A stretch of 64,000 nucleotides of DNA from Alphaproteobacteria bacterium (GTDB lineage Bacteria; Pseudomonadota; Alphaproteobacteria; UBA828; JAPUJA01). Shown here one piece after another: positions 19,982 through 30,012 of this stretch; the stretch's first letter is position 1; every line of letters begins with the position of its first letter. The notes under the pieces were generated by a model. The model ran no database searches, was not told the origin of the DNA, and saw only the letters and a program-made list of their open reading frames with translations. Where the stretch lies: NCBI GenBank assembly GCA_963694715.1, contig CAVOEB010000001.1, positions 20,434-84,433 of the forward strand. The letters are read 5' to 3'. Made by a program: the position numbers and the translations under genes.

Positions 19982-21723
19982 GGGGCGCCGCCTGCGAACT
20001 GCAGCGCGTAGAGCCTGGCATAGGCCCCGTTATTCGCCAACAGCTCGGCATGGGTGCCTGATTCGACGATCTGTCCCTGCTCGATGGTATAGATCCGGTC
20101 GGCGTCGATCACGGTGGATAGGCGATGGGCGATGACCAGGGTTGTTCTCTCGCGCATCAATTCGGCCAGCGCCTGTTGGACCTTGCGTTCGGATTCGCTG
20201 TCGAGTTCCGAGGTTGCCTCGTCGAGCAGCAGGATCGGCGCGTTCTTCAGCATCGCCCGGGCGATGGACAGGCGTTGACGCTGCCCGCCTGAAAGCTTCA
20301 CACCGCTTTCGCCGATCATGGTGTCGTAGCCGTCGGGCAATTGGGTAATGAAGTCGTGCGCCGCCGCACCCTGGGCGGCGGCTTCGATGTCGGCGTCGCT
20401 GGCGCCCGCGCGACCGTAAGCGATGTTGGCGCGCACGCTGTCGTCGAACAGCACGCTTTCCTGGCTGACCAGGGCCAGGGCGTCGCGCAGGCTTTCGAGC
20501 GTCACGTCGCGCACGTCCTGGCCGTCGATCCGGATGGAGCCCGCGCTGACATCGTAAAAGCGCGGGATCAGGTTGAGGATGGTCGATTTTCCCGCACCCG
20601 ACGGGCCGACCAGGGCGACCATCTTCCCCGCCGGGATAGCCAGCGACACGCTGGACAGCGCGGGCGCGTTCTCGTGATAGGCGAAGCTCACGCCCTCCAG
20701 TGCGACCGCCCCGCCTGAGATGACCAACGCCTTGGTTCCGGGGCCGTCCTTGATCGTCGGCTCCATGTCGAGCACATGAAACAGCCGCTGGCTTGCGGCC
20801 AGCCCCTCCTGAAGATTGGTGTTCAGGTTGGCGAGGCTCTTCATCGGCTTGTAGGCGAGCAACAGGGCGGTCACAAAGGAGAAGAAGGCGCCGGGCGTCA
20901 GGCTGCCGTCGATCACCTGCCAGCCGCCATAGAAGATGATCGCGGCAACCGCGATGCCGCCCAGGGTTTCCATGATCGGCGACGAGAGCGCGCGTACCCG
21001 GTACGACTTGTAGACGATACGGAACATGTTCTCGATGACGCTGGCCGTGCGCTCGGTCTCAAAACCTTCCCGGTTGTAGGCCTTGACGTGGCGCACCCCC
21101 TGGAAGGCCTCGTTGAGCCGGGCGGTGAAGCGGCCCGCCTCGCCCAGTACGTCGGTTGAGATTTTGCGCATCCGCCGCCCGATGCGTACGATCGGATAGA
21201 TCGCGGCAGGAAACACCACGAACGCGATCAGCGCCAGCTTCCAGTCCTTCTCGAACATCACGGCGAGGAGGAACGTCAGGGTCAGCGCATCCTTGATCAG
21301 GCCCGTCAGGATCTGCGAGACGGCGTTACGCATGGCGTTGATATCGTTCGTGAAGCGCGAGATCAGGCGTCCCGAGCCGGCGTTGTGAAAGAAGGCGAGG
21401 TCGAAACGGATCAGGTGGGCAAACAGTCTGGTCTGCAGATCGGCGATAATGCGCTGGCCGACATAGCCCATCAGCACGCCTTCGAAGTAGGCGGCCAAGC
21501 CCTTGATCAGGGCAATCGCTAATACGGTCACGGTGATCAGGACCAGGATGCTCTGGTCCTTGTCGATGAACACCCGATCGAGCACCGGCTCCATCAACTG
21601 GGCAAGCCCTGCGGTGGCGCCCGCCGCGATCGTCATGCACAGCATGGCGAGGCCGAGCCGGCCGAAGTAGGGGCGCACATGATTACGCACGAGGCGCGAG
21701 AGCAGCGCGCGCGTCGATGCCAT
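19972..21723 (-). CDS. msbA: ABC transporter permease/ATPase, MsbA-like lipid A exporter
   Basis: Six TM helices are followed by an NBD with Walker A (GPSGAGKST), the ABC signature (LSGGQRQR) and Walker B (ILLLDEATS). The start is trimmed to the ATG at 21723. Confidence 0.8.
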   Translation of the reverse strand: MASTRALLSRLVRNHVRPYFGRLGLAMLCMTIAAGATAGLAQLMEPVLDRVFIDKDQSILVLITVTVLAIALIKGLAAYFEGVLMGYVGQRIIADLQTRLFAHLIRFDLAFFHNAGSGRLISRFTNDINAMRNAVSQILTGLIKDALTLTFLLAVMFEKDWKLALIAFVVFPAAIYPIVRIGRRMRKISTDVLGEAGRFTARLNEAFQGVRHVKAYNREGFETERTASVIENMFRIVYKSYRVRALSSPIMETLGGIAVAAIIFYGGWQVIDGSLTPGAFFSFVTALLLAYKPMKSLANLNTNLQEGLAASQRLFHVLDMEPTIKDGPGTKALVISGGAVALEGVSFAYHENAPALSSVSLAIPAGKMVALVGPSGAGKSTILNLIPRFYDVSAGSIRIDGQDVRDVTLESLRDALALVSQESVLFDDSVRANIAYGRAGASDADIEAAAQGAAAHDFITQLPDGYDTMIGESGVKLSGGQRQRLSIARAMLKNAPILLLDEATSELDSESERKVQQALAELMRERTTLVIAHRLSTVIDADRIYTIEQGQIVESGTHAELLANNGAYARLYALQFAGGAPCS

Positions 21724-21850
21724 GGGCTGTGGGGTAATATCCTGGCTCAAGGTGTGGGTGTGACCCTCGGGATTCTCACAAATCCTTGCGAACCATAGCA
21801 CGCAAGGCGCAGGCGGGCCAATCGGTTGCGCATCCGCTCGTGCCGGGGCG

Positions 21851-22666
21851 TCAGTTGGAGAGGCGTTTGATCAGGGCGTCCTGGATCAGACCGTTACTCG
21901 CGATGCAGCTAGGCAGTTTGGGCCGTGGACGGTTGTATTCCAGGGCCTCACCCTCGGCGGTCGAGGCCCGCCCCCCGGCCTCGGCGACCAGCAACTCGCC
22001 TGACGCGATGTCCCACTCGTGCTTGGGCCAGACGCTGATCAGGGCGTCGAAGCGCCCGGCGGCGACCAGGGCAAGCTTGTAGGCAATCGAGCTCACGCTG
22101 TGGATGGTGCATTCGGGAAAGCGCTCCGCCCAGGCCTTCTGCTGCATCTCGGTGCGTCCCGAGAGCAGGCGGGCGTCGGTCAGATCGGCTGCGGCGCTGA
22201 CCGTAAGCGCCTCGTCGTTGAGCCGGGCGCCGCCGCCCCGCATCGCCTCGAACATCTCGTCGGTTGCGGGGTTGAAAACCGCCGCGGCCACCGGCGTGGC
22301 GTCGACGATTAGCGCGCCCGCGACGGCGAACTCAGGCCGCCCGTTCAGGAAGCTCCGGGTGCCGTCGATCGGATCGACCACCCAGACCCGGGCCGCTGAA
22401 AGCCGCGCGATGTCGTCGACGGATTCCTCCGATAGCCAGCCGTAGTCGGGGCGGGCGCGGCACAGATGCTGGAACAGGCAGACTTCCGATGCGAGATCCG
22501 CCTCACTGACCAGGTTGCCAGGCGACTTCTCCCATTCTTCCGGCTGGTGACGGAAATGTCCGAGCGCAATGGCGCCGGCCTGGCGAACCGCCTCGACCAG
22601 CAGCTCGTGATCCTTGCGCAGCGTGTCGTCGGGTGGCGGGGCGACGTTCTCGGACGGCGCGCTCAC
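21851..22666 (-). CDS. Inositol monophosphatase / 3'(2'),5'-bisphosphate nucleotidase (CysQ-like) family protein
   Basis: IMPase motifs WVVDPIDGT and SEESVDD are present, at 271 aa. Confidence 0.75.
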   Translation of the reverse strand: MSAPSENVAPPPDDTLRKDHELLVEAVRQAGAIALGHFRHQPEEWEKSPGNLVSEADLASEVCLFQHLCRARPDYGWLSEESVDDIARLSAARVWVVDPIDGTRSFLNGRPEFAVAGALIVDATPVAAAVFNPATDEMFEAMRGGGARLNDEALTVSAAADLTDARLLSGRTEMQQKAWAERFPECTIHSVSSIAYKLALVAAGRFDALISVWPKHEWDIASGELLVAEAGGRASTAEGEALEYNRPRPKLPSCIASNGLIQDALIKRLSN

Positions 22667-24018
22667 AGGCCGGCCACCGTCATGCCGTCGATACGCAGCG
22701 TCGGCGCGTCGGTGCCGTAGCGGAGCTCCAGGTCGTTGGCCGGGGTGATGCCGGCGAACATGTCCTTGAGGTTGCCTGCGATGGTCACTTCGCTCACCGC
22801 GTGGGCCAGCTCGCCCTTGACGATGGCGCGCCCGCTCGCACCGCGGCTGTAGTCACCGGTCACGCCGTTGACCCCCATGCCGATCAGTTCGGTCACGTAG
22901 AAGCCGTCGTCGATCTCGCCGATCAGCGCTTCGGGCGTCTGGGTCCCCGGTTCGAGGGTCAGGTTGGTGGCGCCGGGACTGGGCGCCGAGGCGGTGCCGC
23001 GGCTGGCGTGACCCGTGGTTTCAAGCCCGAGCTGGCGGGCCGATCGCGAATCGAGCAACCAGGTGGTAAGCACGCCGTCGGCGATCAGCTCGCGCGCGCT
23101 CGTCGCCACACCCTCGCCGTCGAACGGACGCGAGCTCAGCCCGCGGGACCGCAACGGGTCCTCGCGTACGCTCAGGCCCGCTGCGAAGACGCGCTCGCCC
23201 AGGCGGCCCTTGAGAAAGCTCGTGCCCCGCGCGATCGCTGCGCCCGAGATCGCGCCCGCGAAATGGCGCAGCAGGCCGTTGGCGACCCGCGGGTCGTAGA
23301 CAATCGCGCGTTTGCCCGTGGTCATCTTCTGCGGCTTCAGCCGAGCCACGGTGCGCCGGCCCGCGCGGGTCCCCACCGCGGTGGGGTCTTCGAGGTCGGA
23401 TAGGTAGCGGGCCATGGCGTAGTCGTAGTCCCGCTCCATCGCCGTGCCTTCGCCGGCCAGCACCGAGACGCCGACCGAATTGCGTGACGCGGCGTAGGCG
23501 CCGGCAAAGCCGTTCGAGCCGACCAGCGCAATTGTGGTTCGGCTCCAGTCGGCTTCCGCGCCACCCGAGTTGGTCACACCCTCGACCGCCCGGGCCGCAT
23601 CCTCGCAGGCGCCCGCGAGCTGGGCCAACTGCGCGGGCTCGGGCTCGCTATCGTCGACCAGATCGAGGTCGGGGATGTCGGCGGCGAGACGATCGGGATC
23701 GGCCAGGCCACAATAGGGGTCGTCGGGCACGGCTTTCGCCATGGCGACGGCGCGTTCCGCCAGCTCGTCGAGTGCCGCGTCGGTCAGGTCGGTCGAGGAG
23801 ACGATGGCCTGGCGTTGGCCGACCATGACGCGTAGGCCCAGATCGCGGCTTTCGGCGCGCTCGATACCCTCCGAGGCGCCCAATCGCCAGGCGATCGAGA
23901 GGGAGCGGGAATCGAACAGCACCGCATCCGCGGCATCCGCGCCCAGCGCCTGCGCGCGGGCGATCAGACCGCCTAGGCGGTCGAGGGGATCGGTAAGGGA
24001 ATCACGGCTGGCGGCCAC
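22663..24018 (-). CDS. pmbA: TldD/PmbA family metalloprotease, PmbA (TldE)-like
   Basis: 451 aa with a TldD/PmbA fold. It is distinct from the TldD paralogue at 31.6-33.0 kb. Confidence 0.8.
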   Translation of the reverse strand: MAASRDSLTDPLDRLGGLIARAQALGADAADAVLFDSRSLSIAWRLGASEGIERAESRDLGLRVMVGQRQAIVSSTDLTDAALDELAERAVAMAKAVPDDPYCGLADPDRLAADIPDLDLVDDSEPEPAQLAQLAGACEDAARAVEGVTNSGGAEADWSRTTIALVGSNGFAGAYAASRNSVGVSVLAGEGTAMERDYDYAMARYLSDLEDPTAVGTRAGRRTVARLKPQKMTTGKRAIVYDPRVANGLLRHFAGAISGAAIARGTSFLKGRLGERVFAAGLSVREDPLRSRGLSSRPFDGEGVATSARELIADGVLTTWLLDSRSARQLGLETTGHASRGTASAPSPGATNLTLEPGTQTPEALIGEIDDGFYVTELIGMGVNGVTGDYSRGASGRAIVKGELAHAVSEVTIAGNLKDMFAGITPANDLELRYGTDAPTLRIDGMTVAGL

Positions 24019-24157
24019 GGCGGATCCGTATTCTTACCCACTATAAAAAAGAGAACTGCCCCGGGGGTTGCTGAGCCGGCGTGGCTGCACGAGGCTGTTC
24101 GTTCAGGGCTCTATATAGGACGTTTGCTGGACGTTTGCGAGCCCTGCGCGGGGTCGG

Positions 24158-25666
24158 CTATTTCCACACCGGCTTGCCCGAGCCGGGCAGGCCCAGCGCC
24201 GCCCATTTGCGCGTGACCTGCTCGATGGTCTCTTCGTCCATGCGGATCACCCGGCCCCACGGCCGCACTGTCTCGCCGTCGAGCTTGGTCGTGGCGTCGA
24301 GCCCGATCTTGCTGCCCAGGCCCTCGACCGGGCTTGCGAAGTCGAGATAGTCGATCGGCGTGTTCTCGATTACGGTGGCGTCGCGCGCGGGGTCCATGCG
24401 CGTCGAGATCGCCCACATCACGTCGGTCCAGCTTCGCGCGTCGATGTCGTCGTCCACCACGATCACCCACTTGGTGTACATGAACTGGCGCAAGTACGAC
24501 CACACCGCCATCATCACCCGCTTGGCGTGGCCGGGGTAAGCCTTCTTTATGGAGACCACCGCGATGCGGTACGAGCAGCCTTCGGGCGGCAGCCAGAAAT
24601 CGACGATCTCGGGGAACTGCTGGATGAGCAGCGGGATGAACAGCTCGTTGAGCGCTTCGCCCAGGATTGAGGGTTCGTCGGGCGGGCGCCCGGTATAGGT
24701 CGAGAGATAAATCGGCTCGCGCCGCCGGGTGATCGCCGAGATGGTAAAGACGGGAAACTTCTCGACCGCGTTGTAATAGCCCGTGTGATCCCCGAACGGC
24801 CCTTCGTCGCCGTAGTCGTCGAGGCTGACATGGCCTTCGAGTACAATCTCGGCCTGGGCAGGCACGCGCAAGGGCACGGTCTTGCAGGGCACGAGCTCGA
24901 CTTTGCGCCCGCGCAGCAGCCCGGCGAACTGGTATTCGGAGAGGGTATCGGGGACCGGCGCGACGGCGGCGAGTATGGTGCCCGGATCGGCCCCGATGAC
25001 CACCGCGCAAGGTAGTGGCTCGGTCTTCGCTTCGCCCCAGCGGCGGTGATGCTGGGCCCCGCCGCGATGACGCAGCCAGCGCATCAGCGTGGTATTGCGC
25101 CCCGTCACCTGCATGCGGTAGATGCCGAGATTGACCGCGTCCGTCGTTGCCCCGCCCGGGCCCTGGGTGACCACGAGCGGCCAGGTAATCAGCGGCGCGG
25201 GCTCGCCCGGCCAGCAGGTCTGGATGGGAAATTCAGCGAGGTCGACGGCGTCGCCCTCGATCACCACCTCCTGGCAGGGTGCCCGGCTGACCTCCTTGGG
25301 CTTCATCGCCATGGCGGTCTTGACCAGCGGCAGCAGGGAGAGGGCTTCGCGCCAGCCGCCTGGCGGCTCGGGCTGGCGCAGGAAGGCCAGCGTCTCGCCC
25401 AGCGCGCGTAAGGTTTCCGGCTCCCGGTCCATGCCCCAGGCGACCCGCTCGATGGTGCCAAACAGATTGACCAGGACGGGCATGGTGTAGGATGAGCCGT
25501 CGGCGCGCACGACGTTTTCAAACAGCACGGCGGGCCCGCCTTCGGCGATCAGCCGGGTCTGGATCTCGGTCATCTCGAGATGGGGCGAGACCGGCTCCGT
25601 GACGCGCACGAGCCGGCCCTCGGTCTCGAGGCGGGCGATGAAATCGCGAAGCGAGGAATAGGGCAT
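24158..25666 (-). CDS. ubiD: UbiD family decarboxylase (4-hydroxy-3-polyprenylbenzoate decarboxylase)
   Basis: 502 aa with a UbiD-typical N-terminus [14 protein letters not shown] and an acidic metal-binding region. Confidence 0.85.
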   Translation of the reverse strand: MPYSSLRDFIARLETEGRLVRVTEPVSPHLEMTEIQTRLIAEGGPAVLFENVVRADGSSYTMPVLVNLFGTIERVAWGMDREPETLRALGETLAFLRQPEPPGGWREALSLLPLVKTAMAMKPKEVSRAPCQEVVIEGDAVDLAEFPIQTCWPGEPAPLITWPLVVTQGPGGATTDAVNLGIYRMQVTGRNTTLMRWLRHRGGAQHHRRWGEAKTEPLPCAVVIGADPGTILAAVAPVPDTLSEYQFAGLLRGRKVELVPCKTVPLRVPAQAEIVLEGHVSLDDYGDEGPFGDHTGYYNAVEKFPVFTISAITRRREPIYLSTYTGRPPDEPSILGEALNELFIPLLIQQFPEIVDFWLPPEGCSYRIAVVSIKKAYPGHAKRVMMAVWSYLRQFMYTKWVIVVDDDIDARSWTDVMWAISTRMDPARDATVIENTPIDYLDFASPVEGLGSKIGLDATTKLDGETVRPWGRVIRMDEETIEQVTRKWAALGLPGSGKPVWK

Positions 25667-25716
25667 GGGGTCTCCCGCGAGGTCGCGCGCTGTGCTTGCG
25701 CTATAATAGAGGCTCC

Positions 25717-26604
25717 ATGAGCAAGGTCACGTCAAACCGCGCGGGCAAACCGGCGACAGATAAAGCGGCTGAAGCGACGTCGGACGAGCGGGCGCAGCAG
25801 ATTGCGCATGCGCTGGCCTATCCCTTCGCCCAGCCGGGCGCCTCGTTCGTCTTTGCCGGCGGGCGGGCATTTGAGATCGTCGAGCTGCCCGAGGGCGATT
25901 TCGCGCGCGCGCGGGTGCGCGCCGGGGGTGAAACCGTCGGGTTCGACGATCTATGCCGGGCCGAGGCGCTGGCGCCGCCGACCCCGCTTGTGGAGCGCAT
26001 CCCTGTCATTGCGCATGGCTCGAACGCGGCGCCCGGGCGCCTCGTGGAAAAATTCGGCGGCGTGGCGGAGGCGCAGGTGATTCCGGTGCTGCGCGCGCGG
26101 CTGGAGGATTTCGACGTGGTCTACGCGCCACATTTTTCGGCCTACGGCTCGATCCCCGCGACGCTGGAGCATTCGCCGGGCACCAGGGTCGAGATTTCGG
26201 TGACGTACCTCACGCCCGACCAAGTGTGCGCGATGGACGCGACCGAAATTCGTGCCGTGGGACCGACCTACGCGCGGGGAAACTTACGGGCGATCCGCTG
26301 TCATCTCGACGGCCAGGGGGTACTGAGCGAGGCGCAGGTTTATCTCGCTAAACGCGGCAGCCTACAGTTCGACGGCGTGCCTCGGGCGTTCGCGGCGCTT
26401 GGCGCGCAGGGCCGTCGCTTCGGGGCCCGCTCGCAGCCGGACAAGCAGGCTCGCGCCCGCGACGCCCTCGCTCCAGAGATGAAACTCGACGCGTTCATCC
26501 ACGAAAATATCCATGACGAGGCGCGCCGAAAACGGCGCAACGAGGCGCTCAGGGAGTGGGCGGTGGAGTTCTCTTATGGGGATTTCGAGATCGTCGAGGG
26601 CTGA
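25717..26604 (+). CDS. Hypothetical protein with a possible GGCT-like (AIG2/gamma-glutamyl cyclotransferase-like) domain
   Basis: The motif [12 protein letters not shown] resembles the YGSN...L core of the GGCT-like fold, and a downstream acidic residue lies in LDxxE-like context. An AGAGG sits 5 nt upstream of the ATG at 25717. No confident family assignment is possible. Confidence 0.45.
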   Translation: MSKVTSNRAGKPATDKAAEATSDERAQQIAHALAYPFAQPGASFVFAGGRAFEIVELPEGDFARARVRAGGETVGFDDLCRAEALAPPTPLVERIPVIAHGSNAAPGRLVEKFGGVAEAQVIPVLRARLEDFDVVYAPHFSAYGSIPATLEHSPGTRVEISVTYLTPDQVCAMDATEIRAVGPTYARGNLRAIRCHLDGQGVLSEAQVYLAKRGSLQFDGVPRAFAALGAQGRRFGARSQPDKQARARDALAPEMKLDAFIHENIHDEARRKRRNEALREWAVEFSYGDFEIVEG

Positions 26605-26824
26605 ACTAGGGTCAGCGGAAGCGCCGCGAATGGTGCATATTCCAACCTCACCCGTTCTGGGTGGTTATCCGGCTTCATGCTGCTCAAGCCCTAAAATGGG
26701 CGTTCGGAGAGACCCCGGAGGGAACGAATCAAGTCATTGCGTATTCGGCAAAAGATTACGGCGTTTCCTGACGAAACGGAACGCGACGAGAGCCGCACCT
26801 CGCACCGGGCTTGGAACTATCGGG

Positions 26825-28033
26825 TTAGCGCACGACCAGTTCGCGCTGGACGCCGGTAGAGAGCATTTCGCAGCCGGTCTCGGTGACCGCGATGCTTTCC
26901 GAGAAGCCGGCGCCGTACTGGGCGGGCATGGAGTAGCAGTTGGCGAGATGGAAGCACATGCCGGGCTGCAGCTCGACCTCGATGCCGCGCGCGATATACA
27001 TGGGCGCCTCGGTCCAGCAGGGCTGGAAGGAAAGCCCGATGGAATAGCCGAAGGCGCCGTGGAAATAGGCGCCTTCGATGGCGTCGATCCGCTTCCAGCA
27101 TTCGCTGGCGAGCTCGTCGGCGGTGCGCCCGGGCTTGATGTTTTCGAGCAGCCACTGGACGTTATCGAGGCTGGCGTCGGCCAGGCGGCGGAGCCCGTCG
27201 GAGGGCTGGCCGATCACGGCGGTACGCATGTTGGGCGCATTGTAGCGCCCGGAGCAGCCGACGATCTCCATATAGGCGGGATCTCCCTTGGCGAGCTTGT
27301 GGTTCTTGAAGGTGGCAAGCGGTATGTAGCCTGCGCGCCGCCCGACCAGACAGGTCGCGTTGCCCGAGGGCGAATCGCCGCCGCCCGCGATCATCGCGCC
27401 TTCGGCCGCGCCGATCACCTGGTTGTCGGTGACCCCTTCGGCGATGGTGTCGATCGCGGCGGTCACGCCCAGAGCGGTAATTCTACCTGCCTTGCGGATC
27501 ATCTCGATCTCCGCTGGCGATTTGACGAGCCGGACATCAAGAACAAGGGTGGTGGCGTCGGTGAACTCGGCGTTGGGCAGCTCTTCCTGGTAGATCTCGA
27601 AGCTGCGCGCATCGAGCGGGCCGCCCGCGAAGGTCTCGGGATAAGCCTTCTCCACGCCGATACGCTTGCCGTCGTAGCCGCGGTCTTTAAGCAGCCGGGC
27701 GAGCTGGGTGCCGGGCTCGACACCGTCGGTCCAGCGATAGACCTGGACGTCCTCGATCGTGGAAAAGAGCAGCGCGCAAGGCGCCATCAGCTCGGCGCAG
27801 TGGATCCAGACCGGCCCTTCCGCGGGTACCAGGCCGATCGCGTAGGCCGACGCGAGCGCGGTGTCGTAGCCCGTGAGGTAACCCAGATTAGGGCGCAGCG
27901 AGAGGATGACCAGGTCGAGCCCCTGTCTTGCCATACTGGCCTGAACGCGCGCGACGCGAGCAGCATATTCCTCGGGCGCGAAGGCCAGCTCTCTTGGAAT
28001 CGGATCGTTTTTGATTTGGTCGACCAGTGCCAT
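26825..28033 (-). CDS. M24 family metallopeptidase with creatinase/prolidase N-terminal domain (Xaa-Pro aminopeptidase/creatinase/ectoine hydrolase-like)
   Basis: 402 aa. A creatinase-N-like N-terminus is followed by a pita-bread fold with metal ligands (HG...H...E...E pattern). Confidence 0.7.
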   Translation of the reverse strand: MALVDQIKNDPIPRELAFAPEEYAARVARVQASMARQGLDLVILSLRPNLGYLTGYDTALASAYAIGLVPAEGPVWIHCAELMAPCALLFSTIEDVQVYRWTDGVEPGTQLARLLKDRGYDGKRIGVEKAYPETFAGGPLDARSFEIYQEELPNAEFTDATTLVLDVRLVKSPAEIEMIRKAGRITALGVTAAIDTIAEGVTDNQVIGAAEGAMIAGGGDSPSGNATCLVGRRAGYIPLATFKNHKLAKGDPAYMEIVGCSGRYNAPNMRTAVIGQPSDGLRRLADASLDNVQWLLENIKPGRTADELASECWKRIDAIEGAYFHGAFGYSIGLSFQPCWTEAPMYIARGIEVELQPGMCFHLANCYSMPAQYGAGFSESIAVTETGCEMLSTGVQRELVVR

Positions 28034-28134
28034 GACATCTCCCTTTCCTCGCTAGTCGCGCGCGAGCCATCGCGGCGGCGGCGCAGCTTACAATGAAAGT
28101 GGAGGCGGATGGAATGGCGTGCTTTGGGCCCGTT

Positions 28135-29064
28135 TTAGGCGACCAACGCGCTGAGCAGCAGGCCGACAAAGAGGATCCAGCCGACCCAGGCGTTGGATTT
28201 GAATTTGGCGAGGCAATCGGCGGGCTCGTCGAGATAGACGAAGAGGATTTGCCAGGCGAAGGCCAGCGCGACGACGCCGAGGCTCGCATACCACGGCCAA
28301 GCCATGTTGCTGAGCGCGCCCGCGCCGGCGAGGAAGGCGAGCGACAGGCCGTAGAAGATGGCCAGCGCGCCGAGCGTGTTCTCGCCCAGCGCCAGGGCCG
28401 AAGACTTCACCCCGACCAGGGTGTCGCCTTTCTTGTCCTGGTGGGCGTAGATGGTGTCGTAACCCACGGTCCAGAAGATCGCGCCTAGATAAAGCAGCCC
28501 GGCGGGCCAGTCGAGGCCTCCGGTCGCCGCCGCCCAGCCCAGCAGCGCGCCCCAGTTGAAGGTCAGGCCGAGCATCGCCTGGGGCCACCAGGTCACACGC
28601 TTGGCGAAGGGATAGGCGGCAACGAGGACGAGCGAGCCCGCGCCGAGGTAGACCGTAAACCAGTTGAAGCTGAATAGGATGCCCGCACTGACCGCGAGCA
28701 GGGCGGCGAGAAAGAGGCTGGCGCCGAGCAGGCCGATCTCGCCCGAGGCGAGGGGGCGGGCGGCGGTGCGCGCGACCTGTGCGTCGATCCTGCGGTCGGC
28801 CATGTCGTTGACCACGCAGCCGGCCGCGCGCATGACCAGCGCGCCGAGTGCGAACAGCGCAAGCAGGCCGAGATCGGGCTTGCCACCGCCGGCCATGGCG
28901 AGGCTCCAGGCGCTGGGCCAGAACAGCAACCACACGCCGATCGGCTGATGGGCCCGGGCGAGCCGGAGATAGGGACGCACGGGCGCCGGCATATGCCGAT
29001 CGATCCAACTCGACGCACTGGTGCGGGGCTCGGGGGCCGTCTCGGTCATGGTAGGTGCAGCCAT
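28135..29064 (-). CDS. ubiA: 4-hydroxybenzoate polyprenyltransferase
   Basis: The UbiA motif NDMADRRIDAQVARTAARPLASG (NDxxDxxxD) is present, with about 8 TM segments. Confidence 0.85.
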   Translation of the reverse strand: MAAPTMTETAPEPRTSASSWIDRHMPAPVRPYLRLARAHQPIGVWLLFWPSAWSLAMAGGGKPDLGLLALFALGALVMRAAGCVVNDMADRRIDAQVARTAARPLASGEIGLLGASLFLAALLAVSAGILFSFNWFTVYLGAGSLVLVAAYPFAKRVTWWPQAMLGLTFNWGALLGWAAATGGLDWPAGLLYLGAIFWTVGYDTIYAHQDKKGDTLVGVKSSALALGENTLGALAIFYGLSLAFLAGAGALSNMAWPWYASLGVVALAFAWQILFVYLDEPADCLAKFKSNAWVGWILFVGLLLSALVA

Positions 29065-29150
29065 CCGCGATGGTGATAGACTCTGACCGGAATGAACTCA
29101 AGGACTGGTGTGAACCCTAGGACCTAGGTCACTTCAAGTCGGACCCGCGC

Positions 29151-29933
29151 ATGACAGTCGAACGCAAACCGCCCGCCGACCCGGGACGCATCCGTCTGTT
29201 CACGCCCCAGCCGCTGGCGGCGGGCGAGAGCGTGGCGCTCGACGGCGCCCAAGCCCATTACCTCGGCCGCGTGATGCGCAAACACCCGGGCGACGCGGTG
29301 CGCCTGTTCAACGGCCACGACGGTGAATGGCGCGCCGTAATCGCCGAGTTCGCGCGCAACCGGGCGAGCCTGCGTTGCGAGGAGCCTCTCGCGCCCCAAA
29401 CGACGGAGCCTGACCTGTGGCTTCTGTTCGCACCGATCAAGTTCGGGCGGATCGATTTTCTCGCCGCCAAGGCGACCGAGCTTGGGGTCGCGGCGCTGGG
29501 CGCGGTGATGACCGAGCACACGCGCGTCGCGCGGGTCAACGAGGACCGCTTGCGCGCCAATGCGATCGAAGCGGCGGAGCAGACCGGCCGGCTCTCGGTG
29601 CCCGAGATTTTGGCGACGCGATCGTTTGACGCGGTGTTCGCCGACTGGGCGCCCAAGCGCCGCTTGATGGTTTGCGACGAGACCGGGAGCGCGCCCATCG
29701 TCGAGGCGCTGCGCACGGTCCGGGAGAGCGGCGTGAAGGTTGGGCCTTGGGCGGTGCTGATCGGCCCCGAGGGCGGTTTCTCCAGCACCGAGCTTGGCGC
29801 GCTCCATGAACGGCCCGAGGTGCTCCGGGTTTCGCTCGGACCGCGCCTGCTGCGCGCCGACACGGCGGCACTTGCCGCGCTTGCCTGCTGGCAGGCGGTC
29901 CTGGGCGATTGGCCCGGCGCTGGTCCCGATTAA
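29151..29933 (+). CDS. rsmE: 16S rRNA (uracil1498-N3)-methyltransferase
   Basis: 260 aa with a PUA-like N-terminus and a SPOUT C-terminus (LIGPEGGFS). Confidence 0.8.
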   Translation: MTVERKPPADPGRIRLFTPQPLAAGESVALDGAQAHYLGRVMRKHPGDAVRLFNGHDGEWRAVIAEFARNRASLRCEEPLAPQTTEPDLWLLFAPIKFGRIDFLAAKATELGVAALGAVMTEHTRVARVNEDRLRANAIEAAEQTGRLSVPEILATRSFDAVFADWAPKRRLMVCDETGSAPIVEALRTVRESGVKVGPWAVLIGPEGGFSSTELGALHERPEVLRVSLGPRLLRADTAALAALACWQAVLGDWPGAGPD

Positions 29934-30012
29934 CGCGGCGCGGTGCGCGCTTGCCGGGCGGCCCTATTCGGTCTAATGGTTTAACCTCGTTGCCCTCCGC
30001 AAGGTTTGTTCG

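Noticed and set aside
17943-20051. 702-aa ORF suggesting a giant KdtA
   Set aside because: The N-terminal 269 aa are Arg-rich noise lying out of frame over the DUF374 gene. I split it into kdtA (ATG at 19244) and the separately framed DUF374 gene.
24040-24070. CCCCGGGG palindrome followed by a T-rich run downstream of ubiD (minus strand)
   Set aside because: The stem is too short (no real loop) to call a Rho-independent terminator with confidence.
28088-29101. 337-aa minus-strand ORF overlapping ubiA
   Set aside because: It has Arg/Pro-rich low-complexity translation in the alternate frame of the strongly supported ubiA gene.
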